Shown here piece by piece: positions 20,144 to 29,861 of a stretch of 64,000 nucleotides of DNA. Position 1 is the stretch's first letter; every line of letters starts with the position of its first letter. The notes under the pieces are model-generated. The model did no database searches, was not told where the DNA came from, and saw only the letters and a list, made by a program, of their open reading frames with translations. Source of the stretch: Promethearchaeota archaeon (GTDB lineage Archaea > Asgardarchaeota > Thorarchaeia > Thorarchaeales > Thorarchaeaceae); NCBI GenBank assembly GCA_048939765.1, contig JBHLPF010000008.1, positions 23,760 through 87,759 on the forward strand, in the 5' to 3' direction. Made by a program: the position numbers and the translations under genes.

Positions 20144-20192
20144 CGAACTCCCAGCGAACGGGGAGTTGACCGAACCTATTGCGAACCTATTG
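20144..20192. promoter_or_regulatory. Two GAAC-N7-GAAC direct-repeat boxes upstream of dinB
   Basis: GAAC-tcccagc-GAAC at 20145-20159; GAAC-ctattgc-GAAC at 20172-20186; CGAACCTATTG is tandemly duplicated. Confidence 0.55.
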
Positions 20193-20252
20193 CTCTTCCA
20201 ACAGAGTGATATGGACTAATCACAGGCCAACGAACATCCTGGAGGAAAACTA

Positions 20253-20861
20253 TTGGTCGATTTTGAAAGACTCTCGCAGCAGATGCGTTTCATTGCAGAG
20301 ATTGATAAGCTCAAGCATATCGAGCGCCAATCCGCTTTGACTGATGGAACTCGGCAGGAGAATGACTCTGAGCACTCATGGCATATCGCAGCCATGGCAA
20401 TCCTCCTATCTGAATATTCCAATACTCGGAATATTGACCTTCTCAAAGTCATCAAGATGCTTCTCATTCACGACCTTGTGGAGATAGATGCTGGAGATAC
20501 GTTTCTGTATGATGCCATTGGCAATTCCACAAAAGCTAAAAGAGAGACGAAAGCTGCTGCAAGGATTTTCGGCTTATTACCCAAGGACCAAGCTGAAGAG
20601 ATGCTCTCGCTATGGGAGGAATTTGAGGCACGAGGAACTCCAGAGGCCAAGTTCGCTTTTGCTATGGATGCAATTCAGCCTCTCATCCTGAGCTTTCACA
20701 ATAAAGGATGGTCTTGGAAGAAGCATGGCATCGTTAAATCCCAGATAGTTGATAAGAAGAAACCTCTGAAGATGGGTTCAGAGGATCTTTGGGAATATGC
20801 ACAAACCTTGGTTGCGAAGGCTATAGATGAAGGCTTTCTCATAGATGATGAAGCAGGCTAG
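20253..20861 (+). CDS. HD-domain phosphohydrolase
   Basis: ENDSEHSW, LIHDLVEIDAGD, EEFE..TPEAKF. Confidence 0.9.
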   Translation: MVDFERLSQQMRFIAEIDKLKHIERQSALTDGTRQENDSEHSWHIAAMAILLSEYSNTRNIDLLKVIKMLLIHDLVEIDAGDTFLYDAIGNSTKAKRETKAAARIFGLLPKDQAEEMLSLWEEFEARGTPEAKFAFAMDAIQPLILSFHNKGWSWKKHGIVKSQIVDKKKPLKMGSEDLWEYAQTLVAKAIDEGFLIDDEAG

Positions 20862-21826
20862 ACTCGATACTGCGAGAAGAACCGTTCGAGGTCCACATTT
20901 CCTCCGCTGAGAATGACTCCAATACGTCTTCCCTTTAGCTGCTCACAAATCTGCAAGAGGGCGGCAAGAGAAACAGCTCCTGATGGCTCGACAACTACTT
21001 TCATTCTCTCCCAGAGCAAGCGCATTGCTTTGACGATTTCTTGATCACTCACTGTCACGATTCTGTCTACATTTTGCTGGATGATTGAGAAGGTCAATTC
21101 GGAGAGTGAGGTGAGAAGTCCATCAGCGATGGTGCTTGGGTTCACAGAGGGCAGAATCTTTCCAGTTGTAAATGAGCGATATGCATCGTCAGCACCCTTC
21201 GGCTCCCCTGCAATGACATCGGCTTTAGGCAGGAGCCCCTTTGTGGCAATAGAGGTACCGCTGAGGAGCCCACCCCCTCCAACAGGAGCGAATATAGCAT
21301 CAAGAGACCCTACTTCCTTGATGAGCTCGAATGCAGCTGTTCCTGCTCCAGCAATGATGTTGGGATTATCATAGGGATGAATGAGAGTATATCCATGCTT
21401 CTCGATAAGTGCAGCTGCAGTGCGCTGTCGAGACGCCAACGTTGGTTCACATACAACGACCTCTGCGCCATAGCCTTTGGTGGCTTCCATCTTCACTGCA
21501 GGAGAACTGCTTGGCATGACAACTGTGCATCTGACACCTCGTTTGGATGATGCTAGTGCCAAGGCTTGGGCATGATTCCCAGAGGAATGTGTTATCACAC
21601 CCTTCTCTCGCTCCTTTTGACTGAGCAATGAAACCGCGTTCAAGGCTCCGCGGAATTTGAACGCTCCGACGCGCTGGAAGTTTTCACACTTGAAGAAGAC
21701 CTCGGAGTCAGTGAGTGCATCAATGGTCGTTGAGGTCATCACTGGAGTCTTCGTGACCGAATCTTTGATTCTTTCATAAGCAGCTTCAATGTCAGCGAAT
21801 TCAACCATGGTTGCAATGGTTTCCAC
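20858..21826 (-). CDS. PLP-dependent serine/threonine dehydratase / serine racemase family
   Basis: KCENFQRVGAFKFRGA, SSGNHAQA, GGGGL, EPSGA, SGGN. Confidence 0.92.
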   Translation of the reverse strand: METIATMVEFADIEAAYERIKDSVTKTPVMTSTTIDALTDSEVFFKCENFQRVGAFKFRGALNAVSLLSQKEREKGVITHSSGNHAQALALASSKRGVRCTVVMPSSSPAVKMEATKGYGAEVVVCEPTLASRQRTAAALIEKHGYTLIHPYDNPNIIAGAGTAAFELIKEVGSLDAIFAPVGGGGLLSGTSIATKGLLPKADVIAGEPKGADDAYRSFTTGKILPSVNPSTIADGLLTSLSELTFSIIQQNVDRIVTVSDQEIVKAMRLLWERMKVVVEPSGAVSLAALLQICEQLKGRRIGVILSGGNVDLERFFSQYRV

Positions 21827-21891
21827 CCTCCAGAAAAGGATTCCTTTCTAACTTCTGGATTTTCGAAAGGCTTAATCCTCGCCGCTAACTG

Positions 21892-22680
21892 ATGACTCGA
21901 ATCAGTGAAGAAGAAATCCCACAGGAGTATGATTCTCAGATGAGTAACAAGTTCCTAAGTTCACAGCCGGATTACATTCGAATTCTAGTTGTTGCTGTAA
22001 TTCTAGGACTGGAAACGATTGCTGCATTTACAGGGATAACGAATCCGTGGTTTCTTGGTGCCTCTGTCGCCCTTGTGATTCTGGCGATTGTCAACTACAT
22101 TGATGTTCGGTCCCAAGAATGGTCACGCTATGCATCGCTTCTACTAATTGCGATGATTTGTGGCTCAACTGGTGATTTCTTGATGGCTGATATCTTTCGT
22201 ATAACACCAATCCCTGTCTTGAATGGCATAATCTTCTTCGGGATTGGTCACTTCTTCTATCTCCTAGCGCTTCGAGACAGGTCCAGTATGCTCCTCCGTT
22301 CTCCAGGAATGGATCAGCCCAGATTGATGACGAAGAATATTGCAGCATGGCTAGTGGTGTCTGTTCTTGTGGTCATACTCTTTATGACGACGGTCTTCAA
22401 TCCAACAATGCTCGAGCTTGGAATTGGAATGCTTGCCTACGGTCTTCTTATTGGGACAGTATTGGCTTTTGCTGTCACAAAGTGGTTTGATGACTTCCCA
22501 TCCACGTTTTCCTTATGCCTATCAATTGGATTTCTCCTCTTCTTTTTCTCAGATTGGTTGATTGGTTATCATATGATGACCGATGCAAGCTTCCTCTCTG
22601 GTCCATACGTTGGACTGACCTACATCGTTGGGCAGCTATTGGTTCAACTCTCAACGATGTTTGGCTCAAAGGAAACCTGA
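21892..22680 (+). CDS. YhhN/lysoplasmalogenase (TMEM86)-like membrane protein
   Basis: GDFLM, FFGIGH..Y, LFFFSD..I, TY..GQ motifs within TM segments. Confidence 0.7.
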   Translation: MTRISEEEIPQEYDSQMSNKFLSSQPDYIRILVVAVILGLETIAAFTGITNPWFLGASVALVILAIVNYIDVRSQEWSRYASLLLIAMICGSTGDFLMADIFRITPIPVLNGIIFFGIGHFFYLLALRDRSSMLLRSPGMDQPRLMTKNIAAWLVVSVLVVILFMTTVFNPTMLELGIGMLAYGLLIGTVLAFAVTKWFDDFPSTFSLCLSIGFLLFFFSDWLIGYHMMTDASFLSGPYVGLTYIVGQLLVQLSTMFGSKET

Positions 22681-22714
22681 AAGGTGAACCAAAAGTAGAT
22701 CTGGTGGTAATACG

Positions 22715-23206
22715 ATGCGAGGCATTCGAAGAAAAGAGAAGGAGATAACTGATGCTGCAGAGATGATTGCTATTCTGAAGCAAGCGAAATACATCACTGT
22801 AGCTATGTGTCTGGATGATGAACCATACCTGGCGACGTTGAGTCATGGTTTTGATCCTGAGGAGAACTGCATCTATTTTCACTGTGCCCAGGAAGGAAAG
22901 AAGATTGACATTCTCAAGAAGAATAACCTGGTCTGGGGACAGGCTATGAAGGATGACGGATACGCTGCAGGTAAGTGTGACCATTTGTATGCAACTACTC
23001 AGTTTAGAGGAAGAGTCACCTTCATAGCTGATGAGAATGAGAAGCGGCATGCTCTGAGAGTGATGATTAATCAACTGGAAGAAGAGCCAGACAAAGTCTA
23101 TGCCGAACAGGTGACAGAGAAATCGGTCAGTAGAGTGGGAATTGGACGTTTAGATATTGAATACATGAGCGGCAAGAGGGCCTCAGAGGTCATAATCCAG
23201 ACGTAG
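22715..23206 (+). CDS. Pyridoxamine 5'-phosphate oxidase-like FMN-binding protein (NimA-like)
   Basis: RRKEKEI, PY, IYFHCA.EGKK, SGK. Confidence 0.85.
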   Translation: MRGIRRKEKEITDAAEMIAILKQAKYITVAMCLDDEPYLATLSHGFDPEENCIYFHCAQEGKKIDILKKNNLVWGQAMKDDGYAAGKCDHLYATTQFRGRVTFIADENEKRHALRVMINQLEEEPDKVYAEQVTEKSVSRVGIGRLDIEYMSGKRASEVIIQT

Positions 23207-23611
23207 CTAAGGATTGTCCGAGAGGGCTTGAAGCACCTCCAATGCCTCCTCGCCATCTTCAAATGGCACAAAGAGATGGTCATGGTAGTAGGCTGAAACT
23301 ACATTCACGCTAATTCCTTCTTTGGCAAGCTCCGTTGATACTTTCGCAATGAAGCCAATAGCCTCAAGGTCTGAATGAACTGACAATGTGATCAGGGCCC
23401 ATGTCGCTGGATAGTCCAGCCCACGAGAGTCAGCTATATCTCGCTCGAGAATGAAGGTGACTCCATCCTCTTCTCTGAACATAAGAAGCGCGTCATCTTT
23501 GAGCTCTTCGATGAGACTCTCCACCACTGAAACGAACACATATTCCGCTTCTGACAATACGGGTTCCATTGACCTAAGAAGAGTACCTAGATCGTCTTCG
23601 CCACGCTTCAT
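23207..23611 (-). CDS. ACT-domain protein
   Basis: FREEDGVT, ITLSVHSDLEAIG, SAYYHDHLFVP. Confidence 0.85.
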   Translation of the reverse strand: MKRGEDDLGTLLRSMEPVLSEAEYVFVSVVESLIEELKDDALLMFREEDGVTFILERDIADSRGLDYPATWALITLSVHSDLEAIGFIAKVSTELAKEGISVNVVSAYYHDHLFVPFEDGEEALEVLQALSDNP

Positions 23612-23631
23612 CCAATCCCCCTCGCAATGAC

Positions 23632-24147
23632 TTAGCTTCTCTTTCCACCAAAGGTTTCCCAGGAAACAATTTCATCCAGCGAGCGCCGAGTGCTTGTCCT
23701 TTCTTGGTCTCCATAGCCTACTGAAATTGAGCAAACAACTCTAAGGTCATCAGGCACGTTCAAGAGTCTCCGGAATACAGGCTCGATGTCTGTGTCTCGT
23801 ACTCCCATCCAACACGTGCTCAATCCTTGCGCGTAGGCTGCTAGCAGCATGTTTTGAACAGCATTGTGAGGATCAGCCAAATTATATCTCGGGTGTCTGG
23901 CTGGTTCACCAATGACTACAATGACTACGGGTGATTCCTTCATGAATCGTCCGTATGTGTGAGCCTCAGCGAGATTTTCACGCAAAGCCTTATCGCGGAC
24001 TACAATGAACTGCCAAGGCTGCCTGTTTGAGGCTGAGGGTGCCCACCGTCCAGCTTCGAGAATCTCCTGCAATTTCTTATCCTCGACCTCTGTGTCTTTG
24101 TACTTCCTGATGCTTCTTCGGTTTCTAATTGCTTCCAGAACATCCAT
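23632..24147 (-). CDS. Nitroreductase family protein
   Basis: RRSIRKY, APSASNRQPW, QNMLLAA; start MDVLEAI at 24147. Confidence 0.92.
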   Translation of the reverse strand: MDVLEAIRNRRSIRKYKDTEVEDKKLQEILEAGRWAPSASNRQPWQFIVVRDKALRENLAEAHTYGRFMKESPVVIVVIGEPARHPRYNLADPHNAVQNMLLAAYAQGLSTCWMGVRDTDIEPVFRRLLNVPDDLRVVCSISVGYGDQERTSTRRSLDEIVSWETFGGKRS

Positions 24148-24265
24148 CTTTAATCTTGATGCGAATGATGCATGACCAATATAAGCCATAGCACTTGGCA
24201 ATGGAGTGCTAATGTCCGGATGGGAAAGCTAAAAGGAGCGTGGTGTTGGCCCAAATTCATCCCGG

Positions 24266-25720
24266 ATGGCGAATTCTATCATGCGTATAAAGACCCATCA
24301 GAAACTGCTGACAAGTGTTGGCGTTGACATTGGTACTTCAACTTCACATGTCGTCTTTAGTAGCATCCTTCTTGAAAGAAACCTGAATAGCCGTACCGAG
24401 AAGTTTGAGATAAAAGAAAAGAAAGTGCTTCACAAGGGCCCTATTCATCTCACGCCCTTTTCTGGTCCAGATACAATAGATTTCGGAACTCTGAGAAGAC
24501 TCATTCTTGCAGACTATGTTGATGCTGGCTTTGAGCTCTTACAGATTGATACAGGTGCTGTGATCATCACAGGCGAAACTGCTCGCAAAGAGAATGCTGA
24601 AGAAATCGTGGAAGCTCTTGCTGGTGAAACAGGCAAATTCGTGGCAGCGACAGCAGGGCCCAATTTTGAGAGTGTCTTAGCGGCTCACGGCTCTGGAGCT
24701 GTGGCCAAATCAGCAGAAACGGGTCTGACAATTCTGTCTTGTGATATCGGGGGCGGGTCATCCAACATTGGAGTCTGCCGAGATGGTAAAGTGGTTGCGA
24801 CTGCTGCAATAAATGTCGGAGGTCGTTTGGTGGCTATGGACGAAGCAGGCACTATCATCCGACTCGAGGAAACTGGACGGCTTCTCGGAGAGAAAGTCAA
24901 CCTCTCGCTGAACCTTGGCCAGATCCTAGACGATTCTTCGAAGCGACTACTATCACAGACACTGGCAAATGCCCTAATTGATGCCATAGAGGGAAAGTGC
25001 GAATCAGAGATCACAAAGATGCTCATGATGACGGTTCCCCTTGACTTCAATGACAAAGTGGATGAAGTAATGTTCTCAGGAGGGGTTGCGGAGTTCATCT
25101 ACGGGATTGAAACAAAGGACTATAATGACTTGGGACAAATGCTGGCTCAATCTATTCTAAAACTGGTTGAGAAGCACGAGATTCCAATAGTGGAGCCTGA
25201 GCACCGAATCCGTGCAACTGTGATAGGAGCAGGCCAATCAAGTCTGCAGGTGAGTGGATCAACCACTTTTCTCTCCTCAGGGCTGGCATATCCTCTGAGA
25301 AATCTACCAGTCATCACTCCTTATGTGCCGAAAGGAAAGACATCAATGCAGAAAGTGCGAGATGCAATCCAGGATGCCCTAAGAAGATTCGATATCAAGG
25401 AGGGCATAGATCCTCTCATTCTGGCCTTTGAAGATGCAGTCAGACCATCATACGAGAGCCTTACAGAATTTGCCAAGGGTATTGTGGCCGGTCTTCCCAG
25501 AACTGTAGCTAATGGTACGCCTATCTTGATGTGCTTTGACACAGACATAGGCAATAGTGTTGGGAATGTCATGAAACGAGAAACCGGCGTGACCAATGAA
25601 ATCCTATCCATTGATGAGATCTCCCTCCATGAAGGTGATTTCGTGGATCTCGGAGAGCCTATTATCGAGAACGTCGTAGTTCCCGTAGTCGTGAAGACAC
25701 TTGTTTTCGAGGAAAGGTAG
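24266..25720 (+). CDS. eutA: Ethanolamine ammonia-lyase reactivase EutA
   Basis: SVGVDIGTSTSH, IITGETARKENA, FVAATAGP, DIGGGSSN, INVGGRL, IRATVIGAG, PVVVKTL. Confidence 0.88.
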   Translation: MANSIMRIKTHQKLLTSVGVDIGTSTSHVVFSSILLERNLNSRTEKFEIKEKKVLHKGPIHLTPFSGPDTIDFGTLRRLILADYVDAGFELLQIDTGAVIITGETARKENAEEIVEALAGETGKFVAATAGPNFESVLAAHGSGAVAKSAETGLTILSCDIGGGSSNIGVCRDGKVVATAAINVGGRLVAMDEAGTIIRLEETGRLLGEKVNLSLNLGQILDDSSKRLLSQTLANALIDAIEGKCESEITKMLMMTVPLDFNDKVDEVMFSGGVAEFIYGIETKDYNDLGQMLAQSILKLVEKHEIPIVEPEHRIRATVIGAGQSSLQVSGSTTFLSSGLAYPLRNLPVITPYVPKGKTSMQKVRDAIQDALRRFDIKEGIDPLILAFEDAVRPSYESLTEFAKGIVAGLPRTVANGTPILMCFDTDIGNSVGNVMKRETGVTNEILSIDEISLHEGDFVDLGEPIIENVVVPVVVKTLVFEER

Positions 25721-25725
25721 GCAGG

Positions 25726-26973
25726 TTATTCGCCTTCTCCTTTTGCCCACAAGTCCCCCGATTCCGCCCAATCTGCCTTGTGAGGATCTGATCCCGGATT
25801 CGTTTTCATCTCCGGCGACGATTTCATGCGAGGAGATAGCAGGCTTCTCAGTTTTGAGATTATCAGATATGTGAATGGTACTTTTACTGTGGTATATGTT
25901 TCCGCACGCATACCCTGCTTTTCGGAAGACTGGTTACCCATCACTATGATCTCTTGATCCTTCTCATACCACATCTGAACTTCCTTCTCCTCCCAAATGG
26001 TCTGCCTTGGAGGAATCTGCTTTTGAAGAAAGACGACTAGGAAACCCAAGACAATCAGAATGGGGACTGGAACAATCGTATAATATGGTGCTATGATTAG
26101 GAAGACTGCAGCTGGCGCTATAATGGATAGTGCAGCATAGCCAGCAATCCTCGTCTTTTCCACATGGCCCTGAATATATTGGAGAATTGAATATGCAAAC
26201 ACCAGAGTGAAGAAACCCATGGCATATGTCAAGAACATGGAATAAGGAGCTACTGAGAGATAGAACCAAGAATACCCGCTGCCGGAGCTATAGTAACTTC
26301 CTATCCAAATAGGCGTAATTATGCCAAGGCTCTGTCCTCCACCATATGGATCGAAATACCCGAAGCTGAATGCGAGACTTGGAAGACAGAGTGCGATGAC
26401 TCCCAAAATTTGACTTAAGATCGAGAATCTCCCTGGGCGTATTCCCTCCTCACGAATCATGTCCTCGTGTGTCTGAGAGAAGGATGCAGCTCTTTTGTCA
26501 GAGTCAATATAGGACCCCTGCCGACCCATTACAGGAAGGATTACAAACACTGCAATCACCCACGGAACAATCGTTTGAATCATGGAACCCCCATAGATTG
26601 GCATGGAAATGAATGGTCCACCGTAGGGCAGCAGAATCGAGAGAGGATACACAATAAGGGAGATGAAGACCGCTGCAGCCAATGCCATTTTCTTGATTGC
26701 CATTTCCCTAGGTTGCTGGATCAGCCATCTAGTAAAGTAGATTCCAGGGATGCATACAGCAATTGCCAGTCCAATTGTGAGGAAGTCAAAGTAGGCCGGA
26801 GAATAATATGGAGGTTGCATGGACAGTTCAAGATACGGGTATGATCCCCACGAAAAGACTAGGGACGTGTATTGAAAAGATATGGGGACGCCAAAGTCTA
26901 TGGTCAGATAGAGAGGCAGAATTAGAATGGCTACTATCCTGATGACAGTCTTAGCCAAGTAACTTCGATTCAA
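25726..26973 (-). CDS. Multi-pass membrane protein; paralogue of 52830-54026
   Basis: Hydrophobic segments and motifs shared with 52830-54026. Confidence 0.7.
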   Translation of the reverse strand: MNRSYLAKTVIRIVAILILPLYLTIDFGVPISFQYTSLVFSWGSYPYLELSMQPPYYSPAYFDFLTIGLAIAVCIPGIYFTRWLIQQPREMAIKKMALAAAVFISLIVYPLSILLPYGGPFISMPIYGGSMIQTIVPWVIAVFVILPVMGRQGSYIDSDKRAASFSQTHEDMIREEGIRPGRFSILSQILGVIALCLPSLAFSFGYFDPYGGGQSLGIITPIWIGSYYSSGSGYSWFYLSVAPYSMFLTYAMGFFTLVFAYSILQYIQGHVEKTRIAGYAALSIIAPAAVFLIIAPYYTIVPVPILIVLGFLVVFLQKQIPPRQTIWEEKEVQMWYEKDQEIIVMGNQSSEKQGMRAETYTTVKVPFTYLIISKLRSLLSPRMKSSPEMKTNPGSDPHKADWAESGDLWAKGEGE

Positions 26974-27112
26974 GTCTACCCCTCGAAGGCGCTCAACAAA
27001 TGAGCCTACACATACTTCGCTAATAAGGCTATCAATAGAATGAGATTTGCACTTCTAGGAGCTTTGGGAGAATTGAAATAGGTGCTGCTTTGCAAACAGA
27101 AGCTGATTTGAA

Positions 27113-28045
27113 ATGATGCAAGAAACCCCGCCGAATTTCTGGGTTGACCCCATTGCGTATCTACAGTTCTATTGGACTCAAATCTCACCCTTTGTGTTCC
27201 TCGTGACTGTACTCATCGTCATCGGGTTGATTTACATCATTGTGACAAGGCTGGCGAAGAGATCCTTGCTGGCTCTAGGAATGGGAAGAGAGGCCACAAT
27301 TGGACTTGTACTCATTCTCCGGCTCATTTTCTTCATGTTTGCCGTCTTAATGCTAGTCAGCTTTTTTGAAGCGAGCTATGCAACAATACTTTCCTTGTCA
27401 GCGATTTTTGGTACTGCGCTCGGTCTCGCTTTCTCAACTGCCTTGAGCAATATTGTGAGTGGCCTCTATGTGCTAACAGCGAGACCTTTCAGAGTGGGGG
27501 ATTACGTGCGGATCGGTTCAGTCGAAGGAATCGTCCGGGAAATTACTCTCAATTACACTCGTATTCTATTGACTGATGAAAACATCCAGCTGGTGCCAAA
27601 CAATAAAGTTGTCAGTAGTGAGGTCACCAACTTCAGGATAGATCTGTCCAAGTACATCGAGAGAAGAGAAGAAGAGGCAACTCAAGAGGCAGAAGCAGGC
27701 AGTAAACATTCATACCGAGAAACGCTTGACGAAGCATGGAAGCAGCTGAAAACGCTCACATCAGAAAAATACGCCTATAGATATACATTCGACATCAATG
27801 TCCATATGAATCTAGATCACACCGCGATGCTCAAGACTTTCGATAAAGTCTGTGATGAGTGGTCGAATGAATTTCTAACGCGCCCCAATTACATCGTGTG
27901 GGCTAAGCCAGTTGCTGCAATCACATACAGATTCTCCTTCATAGTCAGTGATCCAATGGTGATCATAAACAGGGGGTCTGATTTCATGCAAGACTTGCTT
28001 CATACCTACTATGAACCTAATGAGGCGTATCAGGGAAGAAAGTAG
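27113..28045 (+). CDS. MscS-family mechanosensitive channel
   Basis: 3 TM segments; LSNIVSG, RPFRVGDYV, GIVREI, VPNN, VTN. Confidence 0.88.
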   Translation: MMQETPPNFWVDPIAYLQFYWTQISPFVFLVTVLIVIGLIYIIVTRLAKRSLLALGMGREATIGLVLILRLIFFMFAVLMLVSFFEASYATILSLSAIFGTALGLAFSTALSNIVSGLYVLTARPFRVGDYVRIGSVEGIVREITLNYTRILLTDENIQLVPNNKVVSSEVTNFRIDLSKYIERREEEATQEAEAGSKHSYRETLDEAWKQLKTLTSEKYAYRYTFDINVHMNLDHTAMLKTFDKVCDEWSNEFLTRPNYIVWAKPVAAITYRFSFIVSDPMVIINRGSDFMQDLLHTYYEPNEAYQGRK

Positions 28046-28140
28046 GCAGAACGGATTAAAGAATAGAATAGAGACCTAGGCTGAGGCCAATCGGTTCAAT
28101 TGAAACTGCAGCCTCGCCTATGCCTCTAGTTGAAACGGCT

Positions 28141-28647
28141 CTAGTATCTGCGGTCACGGTCGCGATCTCGATACCCGCCGCTACGTCTATCTCTGTAGCC
28201 GCCACCACCGCGACGGTCTCTGTAACCTCCACCACCGTAGCCGCCACCGCCACGCCCGCCATATCTCCTCGGTGGACGTTCATGCTCTTCGGCTGAGAGG
28301 TCATTCTCTTCGTTGACTTCCTCGATTGGCTCCTCAGCTTCATTGATGATGCCATATCTGCCAATATTAAGTCGAAGATTCCTCTGAAAGAGTCCAGTGT
28401 ATCCATTTTCAAGCTTGTAGGTCTTGCCAATCTCTAGTGCATCGATGGAGTCATCCCATAGGGGCATTACGACTGTGCCACTAGAATCTCCAATGACAAT
28501 GTCTGCAACACGATGGGTCTCACCATCATGTCTTGAAGTCACCTCGCGAGCTTCTCCCTTTGAAAGGACCTTGAAGGAAATTGTAAGGTTCTTCATGCGG
28601 GGTTTAAGATCTGAGATGATAGCAAGAACAGGTTCCGGTTCGCTCAT
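28141..28647 (-). CDS. Single OB-fold ssDNA-binding protein with RGG/RD-rich tail
   Basis: ISDLKP, GDSSG, LWD, NGY..LNIGRYG; C-terminal GGRGGGGYGGGGYRDRR repeats. Confidence 0.9.
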   Translation of the reverse strand: MSEPEPVLAIISDLKPRMKNLTISFKVLSKGEAREVTSRHDGETHRVADIVIGDSSGTVVMPLWDDSIDALEIGKTYKLENGYTGLFQRNLRLNIGRYGIINEAEEPIEEVNEENDLSAEEHERPPRRYGGRGGGGYGGGGYRDRRGGGGYRDRRSGGYRDRDRDRRY

Positions 28648-28764
28648 ATTAATTCACTCTAGTTTCGGAGTAACAGGTTTGCAAAACGAGTAGGGGTCAT
28701 CCGGGAATCGGCCCGGGAATCGGGATCGTATTCATTGGTGACGACAGGCTCGTCTTACCTGCAC
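28648..28764 (-). ncRNA. Candidate structured 5' leader of SSB paralogue 1
   Basis: Minus-strand GCAGGU-AAGACGAG pairs with CUCGUUUU-GCAA-ACCUGU; TATA-like CTTTATTA about 24 nt upstream. Confidence 0.5.
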
Positions 28765-29025
28765 CTCTGCACCCCTCTGTTCTCCTAATAAAGCTGTGTG
28801 AGGGGTCAAATTAGGCAACCAACTTGGCTCCAGGTGCGTATGCTGTGGCTTGTGACGTGATTTCTTGTTTTCCTTCAACACAAGGCTATTGGCCTATCAC
28901 ACACGACCTAGACTCTGTCCATTACTCATTATCATAATACTTATAAAGAGTAATATGTAATACCATTACGTAAATGATTGAAAGCGCACGGTAAACCGGG
29001 CGGTGACAGTCACGAGGTGAGATTG

Positions 29026-29169
29026 ATGAATAACAAGAAGAATCGCAAATGGTGGAGTCGGATTTCCAAGCGCATTGCCAAGCGTTACAAGGATGAATCG
29101 ATCTATCGCGAGTACACGCGACGGCCTGATTGGCCTATAGTGGCGTTTTGGTCAAGTATGTACAAGTGA
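29026..29169 (+). CDS. 47-aa basic small protein
   Basis: GAGGTGA SD before TTG/ATG; TTATAAA box at 28941. Confidence 0.5.
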   Translation: MNNKKNRKWWSRISKRIAKRYKDESIYREYTRRPDWPIVAFWSSMYK

Positions 29170-29345
29170 ATATGGAAACATGGAAACATCCTATTTGTGA
29201 GACCGGAAAATGACAGAAGGCACCAATTAGGAAGGTTCCAACAAGAAGGGGAATCCATGGTACTAGGGCCATTGCATGAGCTTACCATCATAAATGCGGG
29301 TAGTCAAGATGGCTCTCACGAGTTTCTTTCTTCTTGACCCCTCAA

Positions 29346-29405
29346 GTGAGCCGTGCTTGTGTCCTCGCGGGCATGAGCACTCTCACAGCTCTTTTTTGTT
29401 TCTTT
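29346..29405 (+). terminator. Hairpin + U-tract terminator
   Basis: GTGCTTGTGTCC-TCGC-GGGCATGAGCAC (fully paired allowing G-U), outer GTGAG/CTCAC, then CTTTTTTGTTTCTTT. Confidence 0.65.
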
Positions 29406-29414
29406 AGACTCAAC

Positions 29415-29852
29415 TCATTTTGTGTATCGTTTCTTGAGATCCTTGAACCACTCAGGGACCACTGCATTATCAACTCTGTCGGATGATGGGAGATAGGGCT
29501 TGATATCTACAATCGGGGTTTCATCCAAAGCATCAATCTGGTCTACCTCAATTGTCCTTTGTTCGTGATTCACATTCAGAATCTTCACTATTGAAAGACA
29601 AACAGGATTGGGTCTTGCAGGAGATCTGCTGGCAAAGACGCCTGAAAGCGGAGCTTCCTCATGCGGGGGATAGCCCTGCAAATGATTGCGATTCTCCGGT
29701 GTGTCGAGGCCCAATGCCCACCAGATGACATGGATATGTGAGTACTTGTCCATTTCCAATGTTGCGTCCCAGAATTTTGAATCAATGCTAAGGAGTATTC
29801 TACCATCATTTGGCTTCTTCACAAATCCGATTGGTTCAATCTTGAATTCCAT
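29415..29852 (-). CDS. tsaA: tRNA (t6A37-N6) methyltransferase TrmO/TsaA family
   Basis: PIG, SHIHVIW, GVFASRSPARPNP, DALDETPIVDIKPY. Confidence 0.88.
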   Translation of the reverse strand: MEFKIEPIGFVKKPNDGRILLSIDSKFWDATLEMDKYSHIHVIWWALGLDTPENRNHLQGYPPHEEAPLSGVFASRSPARPNPVCLSIVKILNVNHEQRTIEVDQIDALDETPIVDIKPYLPSSDRVDNAVVPEWFKDLKKRYTK

Positions 29853-29861
29853 GCACTCACC

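Noticed and set aside
22475-23074. 199-aa antisense ORF and the many other short overlapping ORFs
   Set aside because: Lie opposite or out of frame within well-supported genes and show no motifs
28094-28140. TTGAAAC twice, resembling CRISPR repeat ends
   Set aside because: Only two 7-bp matches 30 bp apart; no full repeats, spacers or cas genes
29167-29390. Sec readthrough of the small ORF TGA (frame stays open about 55 codons) with the hairpin as SECIS
   Set aside because: No redox motif around the TGA; the hairpin lacks the AUGA/GA core and apical AA, and looks like a terminator
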